Made by a program: the position numbers and the translations under genes
Shown: positions 36,128 to 44,305 of the stretch, piece after piece
Numbering within the stretch: position 1 is the first letter of the stretch
Layout of the letters: the number at the start of each line of letters is the position of its first letter
Notes under the pieces: generated by a model
Database searches by the model: none
What the model was told of the DNA's origin: nothing
The model's input: the letters and a program-made list of their open reading frames with translations, nothing else
Source of the DNA: Candidatus Ventrenecus avicola
Lineage (GTDB): Bacteria > Bacillota_I > Bacilli_A > RF39 > UBA660
NCBI GenBank assembly: GCA_018711945.1
Contig: DVHP01000086.1
Coordinates: 1-58,678 of the forward strand
Direction: 5' to 3'
Length of the DNA: 58,678 bases

Positions 36128-38090
36128 GTTGGCTTTTAGAAATGTGATGCGAAGTAGTAAAGATTATCTTATTTATTTTATTACGATTACTACACTTTTT
36201 TCGCTTATGTTTGCATTAAACTTGGTTTCGTGGTCAGATGAGGTTGTGTTTCTTTCGGAAAATATGGATACTTTTAAAAGTACGATTGTTTTTGTAAATG
36301 TGATTGTTGTGGTTGTTATTTCTTTTTTAATTAATTATACGACAAGGTTTATGTTTGAAAAGAGAAGCAAAGAATTTGGAATGTATTTGCTTCTTGGTAT
36401 TCCGAAGAAAAAAGTTTCTAGAATGTTTCTTTTAGAAAATGTGTTGTTTGGTTTTGTAGCGCTTATTCTTGCTATTCCAATTGGTTTTGTTTTTAGTCAG
36501 TTTATTTCTCTTTTTATTGTTCAAGTGTTAGAATTACCACAGATTATTTTTATTAAATTTCATGTTATGGCATTTCTTTTATTGTTTATTTATTTTGTTT
36601 TTATATATATTATCGTGTTATTCTTGGCATATCGGAGAATGAAGAGAATTAATATTTATCAGTTGCTTTATTTGGAAAAGCAAAATGAAGAAAAAGTTAT
36701 TCGCAAAGGAAAACATCGTATGCTTTTGTTTGTTTTTAGTCTTTTGTTAGGGTTTTTTGCTTTTCTTGTTTGGAATTCACAGTTTCAATTAGATTTGGTA
36801 CAAGATAGTTCCGTGTTGACTTATTTGATTTTTGGACTTTGTTTATTTATTTTTAGTATCTATGGTGTGATGTTTAGTGTTTCTGATTTTTTCTTGTCTT
36901 TGGTGCTAAGGAAGAAAGAAATTAAGTATCGGAAGGATTATTTGTTTTTGGTTAGAACTTATGCATCGAAAGCACGGACAATGGGATTTACGATGGGGAC
37001 ACTCGGCGTATTGATTTTGTTTACTTTCTTGTTTTTAAATTTTTCTAGTTTAAATAAAGGGCTTTATGACTCTATTATCGAGACTACTGCGCCTTTTGAT
37101 GTCTCAGTTCATTTAGAAAATCGGGAATATTTAGAAGATGTTCTTGCTGTTGTTTCTGAAGATTATACTATTTCTAGTTATGTGATGTATGATATTTATT
37201 TGGATACAAATTCTAATATTGAAAAGTTATTGCCAGCTTATTCTTATAAAAGTGAACCTTATGATAGGCTTATGAAGGTTAGTGATTATAATCGGTTGCT
37301 TGAAATGAAAGGAAAGGAACCTACTTCTCTTGATAATGATGAATATTTGTTGGTTGTAGAAACTGCCGGGATGGAATTTGTTAAGGATAGTTCTATAAAA
37401 ACGATTTTGTTATCTAATGGCGTAGAATTACATCAAAAAGATATTACGACGGAGATGTTCTTTTATGGACTTTCTAATGAAAGTTATGTTGTGGTGGTAC
37501 CGGATGAGGCTTTAAAAGGTCTTGATGTTTTTGAGACGTTTCTTTCTATCGATACTCGTGAGGAAACAACGAGTGCTTTAGAAGAAAAGCTAGAAATAGA
37601 ACTTAGAGATGTTTTGTGTGGATTTATGGAAGATGGGACTTCTCATTGTGAGAATTACCGGATTACTGTGCAGGGAACGACTGTGGAAGAATCGAATGTT
37701 ATGACTGCTTTGGTTACTTCTATTTGTGTATATATGGCATTTATTTTTGCAGCGATTGTCGGGACTATTTTGGCAATTCAATCACTTAGTGATAGTGCGA
37801 AATATCGTTATCGTTATACAGTATTAAAACGATTGGGTGTTCGAGATGAGGTGTTATATAAAACAATACGAAAACAACTTTATATTTTGTTTGGTGTTCC
37901 AGTTATTTATCCTTTTATTATCAGTTTTGGAACTGTATATCTTCTTAACCAGATTTATCAAACTTTACTTCCTAGTCCAACGGCTTATTTGGGATATTTC
38001 TTTCTAAGTACAGTGATTTTTCTGGTTATTTATGTGATTTATTTTCTTGCTACTTATTTTGGCTTTAAGAGAAATATTAATCAGAATTAG
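36117..38090 (+). CDS. FtsX-family ABC permease (BceB-like), module 2, copy 2
   Basis: About 657 aa. AAGGAGG RBS 8 nt before TTG 36117, giving (M)LGKLAFRNVMRS, parallel to copy 1. The ORF track starts at GTG 36108. Confidence 0.88.
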   Translation: MLGKLAFRNVMRSSKDYLIYFITITTLFSLMFALNLVSWSDEVVFLSENMDTFKSTIVFVNVIVVVVISFLINYTTRFMFEKRSKEFGMYLLLGIPKKKVSRMFLLENVLFGFVALILAIPIGFVFSQFISLFIVQVLELPQIIFIKFHVMAFLLLFIYFVFIYIIVLFLAYRRMKRINIYQLLYLEKQNEEKVIRKGKHRMLLFVFSLLLGFFAFLVWNSQFQLDLVQDSSVLTYLIFGLCLFIFSIYGVMFSVSDFFLSLVLRKKEIKYRKDYLFLVRTYASKARTMGFTMGTLGVLILFTFLFLNFSSLNKGLYDSIIETTAPFDVSVHLENREYLEDVLAVVSEDYTISSYVMYDIYLDTNSNIEKLLPAYSYKSEPYDRLMKVSDYNRLLEMKGKEPTSLDNDEYLLVVETAGMEFVKDSSIKTILLSNGVELHQKDITTEMFFYGLSNESYVVVVPDEALKGLDVFETFLSIDTREETTSALEEKLEIELRDVLCGFMEDGTSHCENYRITVQGTTVEESNVMTALVTSICVYMAFIFAAIVGTILAIQSLSDSAKYRYRYTVLKRLGVRDEVLYKTIRKQLYILFGVPVIYPFIISFGTVYLLNQIYQTLLPSPTAYLGYFFLSTVIFLVIYVIYFLATYFGFKRNINQN

Positions 38091-38126
38091 ATAGTTATAG
38101 TATAATAACAAATATGGGGTGATGTT

Positions 38127-38786
38127 ATGAATATTACAATCGTAGAAGATGAACCAATTATTCGAAGTGAACTTGATAAAACCCTTAGAGAGGCTGGATA
38201 TGAAACAACGTTAGTTGATGATTTTAGGAATGTTTATGATAGTTTATTAAAAGAAAATACCGATTTGATTTTGTTAGATGTAAATTTGCCTTATATGGAC
38301 GGTTTTGAATTGTGCAAGAAAATAAAAAATCATAAGAATGTTCCGGTTATTTTTTTGACAAGTCGCAGTGCAACGGAAGATGAGTTAAAAAGTATTCAGG
38401 TAGGGGGATTTGATTATATTACCAAGCCTTATCATAAAGTGGTTTTACTTGAAAAGATAAAGCGTGCCTTAAAGTTAAATGATCCGATATTGTACCGAGA
38501 GATTACTAAAAATGGTGTTACATTGGATTTGCATTTATCGATGTTAAAATATCAAGGAGAAGAAGTAGAACTTACACGGAATGAATTTCGTATTTTGTAT
38601 TATTTTTTTACAAATCCTAATCGTATTATTGGGAAAGATGAGTTGTTAGAACAACTTTGGAATGATAAATATTACTTAGATGATACGGTGTTACTTGTAA
38701 ATATCAATCGGTTAAGAAAGAAAGCACAAGAAATTGGTATTTCTAATTTTCTTATTAATGTGAGAGGAAAGGGGTACCGGTTATGA
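38127..38786 (+). CDS. OmpR/PhoB-family response regulator (BceR-like), module 2
   Basis: 219 aa. Receiver domain plus winged helix. Confidence 0.92.
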   Translation: MNITIVEDEPIIRSELDKTLREAGYETTLVDDFRNVYDSLLKENTDLILLDVNLPYMDGFELCKKIKNHKNVPVIFLTSRSATEDELKSIQVGGFDYITKPYHKVVLLEKIKRALKLNDPILYREITKNGVTLDLHLSMLKYQGEEVELTRNEFRILYYFFTNPNRIIGKDELLEQLWNDKYYLDDTVLLVNINRLRKKAQEIGISNFLINVRGKGYRL

Positions 38787-39787
38787 AGTTTGTTCTTTAT
38801 TTGGAAAATAAAATTTTTTATATTTTGTTTCAAGCTACGACGATTGTTTTTCTATTGTTGATACTTAGTATGGCTGGAATTCAGTTTTTTTATATTTTTT
38901 TGATTATTCTTATTTTGATCGGATTGTTATTTTTGTATTTAGTTGTTGACTTTATGATACAAAAGAAAAAGTATTTGCAAGTTATTCGTTTGGTAGATCA
39001 GTTGGATGAGAAGTATTATATTTCGGAGATGATACCAAAATCGAGTAATTTAGAAAATCAAGCTTATATTTATGCTTTAAAAAAAGCGTGTAAAGCTATG
39101 AATGATAAGATTAGTTCTTTGGAACAAGAAAGTCTTGATTACCGAGAATATACGTTAAGTTTTGTTCATGAGATAAAAACGCCTTTGTGTGCTTTGTCGA
39201 TGTTGTTTGATTATCATAAAAATAAAACAGTTCGAAAAGAGTTAGATAAGATTGATAGCTGTGTGGAGCAAATGCTTTATTATGCACGGAGTGGAAATCC
39301 AGAAAAAGATTATTTTATTAAGGAATTTGTTTTTTCTGATTTGCTTCATAGGGTATTATTAGATTATAAGCCTTATTTGTTAGAGGAAGGTGTGCATATT
39401 CTTGTTTATGATGCAGATACTACGGTGTTTAGTGATGAGAAATGGTTACATTTTATTCTATCGCAGATTGTTCAAAATTCTTTGAAGTATTTTGATAAAA
39501 AGGAGAAGACTTTGGAATTTTTTTGTGAATCGAAAGAACATAGTGTTTTAGTTCATATTAAGGATAATGGTTGTGGTATTCAAGCTTCTGATTTGCCGCG
39601 TGTTTTTGAAAAAGGATTTACTGGGTCTTTAAGACAAAAAAAGCACTCCACAGGAATGGGGCTTTATTTGGCACGAGAACTTTGTTTGAAATTAGGATTG
39701 TCTATTGAAATTTTCTCAAAAGAAGGAGAGTACACTGAAGTTATTATTACTTTTCCTTTGAATACTCATGAATTTAAGCGGGGATAA
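38783..39787 (+). CDS. intramembrane-sensing histidine kinase (BceS-like), module 2
   Basis: 334 aa. Two TM helices. H-box VHEIKTP. DNGCGI and GMGLYL boxes. ATGA overlap with the regulator gene. Confidence 0.9.
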   Translation: MKFVLYLENKIFYILFQATTIVFLLLILSMAGIQFFYIFLIILILIGLLFLYLVVDFMIQKKKYLQVIRLVDQLDEKYYISEMIPKSSNLENQAYIYALKKACKAMNDKISSLEQESLDYREYTLSFVHEIKTPLCALSMLFDYHKNKTVRKELDKIDSCVEQMLYYARSGNPEKDYFIKEFVFSDLLHRVLLDYKPYLLEEGVHILVYDADTTVFSDEKWLHFILSQIVQNSLKYFDKKEKTLEFFCESKEHSVLVHIKDNGCGIQASDLPRVFEKGFTGSLRQKKHSTGMGLYLARELCLKLGLSIEIFSKEGEYTEVIITFPLNTHEFKRG

Positions 39788-39793
39788 TTTATT

Positions 39794-41053
39794 TTAATCT
39801 TTTAATGTTCCAATAGATACGACGTATACTCCATCATTGCGTTTGTATGAATAATTTGCTCCCGTTAATACTAGTAAGAATGCAGGTTCTCCACATTTTT
39901 TCGTATCTACGTGTTCTTTAAATTTTAAAAGATTTTGAGCTGCTTGATCTATAAATCCGGCTCCAAGCTTAATTTCTATTGCACCCCAGGTTCCGTTACT
40001 GGTTCTTAAAATTGCATCTACTTCAAAATCTTTTTCGTCGCGATAGAAAGTAATACTACCGCCATAACTTTCAGTGTATATTTTTAAATCACGCATACAA
40101 AGGGACTCAAATAGTAAGCCGAAGGTTTTTAAATCATTTATTAAATCATTTGGTTGTATGTCAAGAATTGCAGTAGCAATAGAAGGGTCTACGAAATATT
40201 TTTTTGGTTTTGTTCTAATAGCATATTTACTTCTTAAATTTAAATTTGTGGCTTTTACTTCTTCGATGACAAATAGTTTTTCTAATGTGTTTAAATAATC
40301 TATTAGTGTTGGTCTAGAGATGTCATCTTCAAAACTATTTTTGATATCTTCTTGTAGGGTAGAATTCGATACTTGTGTAGATATGTTTCTGGCAAGGCTT
40401 CTTAATACACTTTCCATTTTTTCTGGATTTCTTTCTGTACCGTCTATTTTTTTTACTTCTTCATGTATTAAAGATTTTACATATTCTTTGGCTATTCTAA
40501 ATTTTCTGTTGGTTGCTATACTGATAGCTGCTGGCCATCCTCCTCTTACAATAATATTTGCTAAATCTTCTAATGATAATTTTGATTCTCCAGATATATC
40601 TTTTCCGGCTAATATATCTTTAAAAGAGACTTCTCCAGTCGATTCTTTTGACTCATAAAGACTCATCGGACGCATTAAAACTCTGGCAATTCTTCCAGTT
40701 CCACTGTGCATGACTTCGCCTTCTTGGGGTTTGGCTGAACCCGTGAGTAAGTATTGTCCTTTTCGCCCTGTATGGTCTACATCTGTTCTGATAGAGTCCC
40801 AAACAACAGGGTACATTTGCCATTCATCGAACATTCTAGGCTTTTCACCATTTAAAAATAATGATGGCTTTGTGTTTTTGATTTCTTCAAATTCTTCTTT
40901 TTGGTCAGGGTTTTGAAATTCTATAACACTTTTTGCATGATGTGCACCAGTGGTTGATTTTCCACACCATTTACATCCTTCAATTAGAATTGCACCCATT
41001 ATTTCCATAAGTTCTTCAATTTCTCTGTCTACAACTCGAGGTAAATATTCCAT
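39794..41053 (-). CDS. AAA-type ATPase with DUF4143-like and PD-(D/E)XK-like C-terminus
   Basis: 419 aa. P-loop GCKWCGKST. C-terminal DFEVDAIL...GAIEIK nuclease-like motif. GGAGG RBS. Confidence 0.8.
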   Translation of the reverse strand: MEYLPRVVDREIEELMEIMGAILIEGCKWCGKSTTGAHHAKSVIEFQNPDQKEEFEEIKNTKPSLFLNGEKPRMFDEWQMYPVVWDSIRTDVDHTGRKGQYLLTGSAKPQEGEVMHSGTGRIARVLMRPMSLYESKESTGEVSFKDILAGKDISGESKLSLEDLANIIVRGGWPAAISIATNRKFRIAKEYVKSLIHEEVKKIDGTERNPEKMESVLRSLARNISTQVSNSTLQEDIKNSFEDDISRPTLIDYLNTLEKLFVIEEVKATNLNLRSKYAIRTKPKKYFVDPSIATAILDIQPNDLINDLKTFGLLFESLCMRDLKIYTESYGGSITFYRDEKDFEVDAILRTSNGTWGAIEIKLGAGFIDQAAQNLLKFKEHVDTKKCGEPAFLLVLTGANYSYKRNDGVYVVSIGTLKD

Positions 41054-41077
41054 AGTATTGCCTCCATTTCTATATTC

Positions 41078-41106
41078 ATATTAGCACCATTTTACAAAAA
41101 AAGCAA
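41078..41106 (-). promoter_or_regulatory. sigma-A promoter of the ATPase gene
   Basis: Minus strand: TTGCTT (41101-41106), 17-nt spacer, TAATAT (41078-41083). Confidence 0.5.
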
Positions 41107-41172
41107 ATTTTATTTTACATTTTGAGCAAATTTTACTTTACAAAAAAAGTAAAAATTGTTTTACAAAAAAAG
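41090..41172. repeat. short direct repeats in the ATPase upstream region
   Basis: TTTACAAAAAAAG occurs 3 times (about 41090, 41137, 41159). GCAAATTTTA occurs twice (41103, 41126). Confidence 0.6.
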
Positions 41173-41194
41173 ATTGAGTTTTTGTTGCTCAATC
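41164..41194 (-). terminator. Rho-independent terminator of addA
   Basis: Stem GATTGAG (41172-41178) / CTCAATC (41188-41194), followed on the minus strand by T7 (41164-41170). Confidence 0.65.
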
Positions 41195-44100
41195 TTATAA
41201 TGTAGTCATAGTACCGGAAAGTAGACTAAATAAATATGTGTTTACTTTTTTTTCGGTATGGTTTTCTATATAGGTTTTATAACCATTTAATTGGTTTATG
41301 TATGCTTCATCTGTGACATTGTCTAATTTGTAATCAATGATATCAATGTGATTATCATATACTAACATTAAGTCTATTTTTCCATGATATTCTGTACCAT
41401 CTTTTTCTTCGATAAATTCGTATTCTTGGTATATTTCTGCATCTTTTCTATTTTGTAAAAGAGGGGTTGTTAATAGTTTTTCTATGATACTTTTCATAAA
41501 TGGGTCTTTTATTAGTTTTAGATTTGGATTTTTTAAGTCTATGTGTTCTAATAGTTCGTGCATGGTATTACCAAATTCTATGTTTCTTTTTGTGGATAAG
41601 TCAATTAATTTGTTCATTTTTTTAGAAAAGGTTTGTTGTTTTATTTCTATATCCTCTATATTTAGTTCAGTGATATTTAGAGGGGTGATGGTTTCTTTGA
41701 TGCTTTCTTTTTCTTTTGGTATCATGTAGTCTTTGGTAAGTCCTAATGTATTTAAATCCAAATCTTCTCTATAAAGTTTTAAGACACTTGGAATAGAATA
41801 GAGGATGCTAGCTAGGCTAGAGTATTTATAACGAATAGTTTTCAAAATAACTCCGTCATTTGTTTTTCTTTCTTCGGGAATTTCTTTGTTTGGAAGGAAT
41901 AAAATCATTTTTTCTTTGGCTCTTGTTAATGCGACATAGAAGAGTCTAATTTTTTCTGAGATATCTTCTTTTGTCATTTTGTCTTTCATAAGTAGTTTTA
42001 AAACGGTTTCATAAACGCCTTCTTTCCAAATTGGAATGTATATAGGCATGTCAGGTACATAGATGATGTCTCCTTTTAAATCTTGTTTACTGAAAGATTT
42101 ATAAAGGCCTGCAAAATAGCAGATAGGAAACTCCAATCCTTTTGATTTATGGATGTTCATGATGCGCACAGTGTTGGAAGAAGAGGAGCCTACGTTGAAT
42201 TTAATGAGTTCGTTTTTGTTTAGGAGTTCTTCTAGATAATTTTTAAATTCATAAATGTCTAAGTTACTTGTACTTGCGAGTTCAATGATTTTTTCTATTT
42301 TTAAAATGCTTTCTTTGATATTACCGGTTGTGATTAATTTTTCGTAATAATTGGTTTTGTCTATGATATTCATTAGGATTTCTCTTGGAGATAAGTCATC
42401 TAATCTTTGGCTAATTGGGGATAAGTCTTTTACTATTTTGCTTTGTAATTCGATATTTTCTTTTATCATGGTTAGTATTTCTTCGTCTGGTATTTGATAG
42501 AGAAAGCTTCTTGCAATACTTACTAGTGAGTAACGGAATTCTTGGTTAAAGTTTCTTTCTTTTAAGTGGATAAGTAAGTTTAATATGTTTTTTATGATGT
42601 AGATATCATAGCCGTTATTGAGTTCTTTATCTTTATATAAAGAAAGAGGGATACTTAAGAATTCAAAGATTTTTTTGGTAAGGTCAAAGGTGCTATTGCG
42701 GTCCATGATGATACAGAAGTCTTTGTATGTTACAGGTCTTAAAGTATTAGTATTTTTATCTAGAATTGGGTAATTGTGTTCTATTTTTTCTAGGATATCT
42801 TTGGCAATTGCAAATATTTCTATTTCTTCTTTGCTGTATTCTTTGGAGTCTGTATCGTAAGTATAAATTACCATGTTGTTATCATGCTCTGTTTTGCCTT
42901 CTTCGATATAAGTTGTATTTCCAAAGACCATTTGATGAGAGCTTGTGTAATCAGCATTTCCTATTTCGTCGTCCATTACTTTATTAAAGATAATATTAAT
43001 ATTATCTAGGACTTCACTCCTGGAACGAAAGTTTTTTAGTAAATCGATTTTCATTCCATCTAGACCATTTTTGTATTTATCATATTTTTCTTTGAATATA
43101 TAAGGGTTTGCATTTCTAAATCGGTAGATACTTTGTTTAATATCTCCTACCATGTAGACGTTGTGGTTGGAAATAAGTGAGATAAATTCTTCTTGAATAT
43201 CTGAGGTATCTTGGTATTCGTCGACCATGATTTCTTTGAATGTTTCTTTTAGTTCTTCTTTAATACTTGTATTTTCTTTGATAAGTTTTAAAGAGAGTTT
43301 GGCTATGTCTGTAAAATCAAAAATATAATTTTCTCGTTTGTATTTTTCTAATGCTTGGAAGTAGTCTGTAAGTATTTCTAGAAGGGCGGTGATGAGAGGT
43401 TTAGTGTTGTTGTAATCTTCTAGGATTTCAGACACACTCCCATAAACACAGTAAGCTTTGCATTCTTTTAGTTTGGTATTTATTTTTTCGCGTGCTTCTT
43501 TTGTTTCTTCTTCACTGCCACGAGGGGAAGCGGGAATTTTTAAGGCTTTTATGATAGCTATTTTTTCATCTAGAGACGTATTTTGTTTTAATGGAGTAAG
43601 AGAAGATCGCACTTTGGACTCATATTCTGTATCAAAATAGTTTTTATTGTCTTCTAGTTCGATGAAGATTTCTTCTATTTTGTTTTCTAGAATTTTCGTA
43701 TAACTTTGAAGGATTTGATGTTCTATTTCTTCGTTATAATATGTGGATAAGTAGTTTTTTAAATAATCTTCTAAATCGGTTTTCATGTTTAGTTTGTCTG
43801 CTAAGGCTAAAATATTTTTTTGTAATTCTTCATCGTCTTTGACACATAGGGTATCTATTAGGGTACAGAAATGAGATTTTTTTTCTTGATAGAAACGTTC
43901 TAGAATGTCCGCTAATATTTTCTTTTTTTGTAGGGTAATGATAGAAGCATCTGTGATGGTAATGTTTTTGGGAATATTTAGTAAGTAATGATATTTTTTT
44001 ACTAAGGATAAAGCAAAAGAGTCAAAGGTTGTAATATAGGATGCGTCTATCAATTCTAGTTCATCACTTAAGTTTTCTTTCTCGATGTTTTTTTTAATTC

Positions 44101-44293
44101 GTTCTTTCATTTCGGCTGTGGCAGCATTCGTGAATGTTAAAATAAGTAATTCATTTATATGAATGCCATGTTTTAGTTTTTCAAGAACTCTTGTTGTTAA
44201 GACCGCGGTTTTTCCGGAACCTGCTCCAGCTGAAACGATGATGTTGGTACCACTTTCTTGAATTGCTTTTAATTGGTCAGGTGTCCATGCCAT
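41195..44293 (-). CDS. addA: ATP-dependent helicase/nuclease subunit A (AddA/RexA)
   Basis: 1032 aa. UvrD-type N-terminus WTPDQLKAI...AGAGSGKTAVL. C-terminal nuclease motif GKIDLMLVYDNHIDIIDYK. Confidence 0.9.
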   Translation of the reverse strand: MAWTPDQLKAIQESGTNIIVSAGAGSGKTAVLTTRVLEKLKHGIHINELLILTFTNAATAEMKERIKKNIEKENLSDELELIDASYITTFDSFALSLVKKYHYLLNIPKNITITDASIITLQKKKILADILERFYQEKKSHFCTLIDTLCVKDDEELQKNILALADKLNMKTDLEDYLKNYLSTYYNEEIEHQILQSYTKILENKIEEIFIELEDNKNYFDTEYESKVRSSLTPLKQNTSLDEKIAIIKALKIPASPRGSEEETKEAREKINTKLKECKAYCVYGSVSEILEDYNNTKPLITALLEILTDYFQALEKYKRENYIFDFTDIAKLSLKLIKENTSIKEELKETFKEIMVDEYQDTSDIQEEFISLISNHNVYMVGDIKQSIYRFRNANPYIFKEKYDKYKNGLDGMKIDLLKNFRSRSEVLDNINIIFNKVMDDEIGNADYTSSHQMVFGNTTYIEEGKTEHDNNMVIYTYDTDSKEYSKEEIEIFAIAKDILEKIEHNYPILDKNTNTLRPVTYKDFCIIMDRNSTFDLTKKIFEFLSIPLSLYKDKELNNGYDIYIIKNILNLLIHLKERNFNQEFRYSLVSIARSFLYQIPDEEILTMIKENIELQSKIVKDLSPISQRLDDLSPREILMNIIDKTNYYEKLITTGNIKESILKIEKIIELASTSNLDIYEFKNYLEELLNKNELIKFNVGSSSSNTVRIMNIHKSKGLEFPICYFAGLYKSFSKQDLKGDIIYVPDMPIYIPIWKEGVYETVLKLLMKDKMTKEDISEKIRLFYVALTRAKEKMILFLPNKEIPEERKTNDGVILKTIRYKYSSLASILYSIPSVLKLYREDLDLNTLGLTKDYMIPKEKESIKETITPLNITELNIEDIEIKQQTFSKKMNKLIDLSTKRNIEFGNTMHELLEHIDLKNPNLKLIKDPFMKSIIEKLLTTPLLQNRKDAEIYQEYEFIEEKDGTEYHGKIDLMLVYDNHIDIIDYKLDNVTDEAYINQLNGYKTYIENHTEKKVNTYLFSLLSGTMTTL

Positions 44294-44305
44294 AGTATCC
44301 CTCCT

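Noticed and set aside
40074-40916. Three plus-strand ORFs (74, 112 and 68 aa) inside 39794..41053
   Set aside because: Antisense shadows of the ATPase gene.
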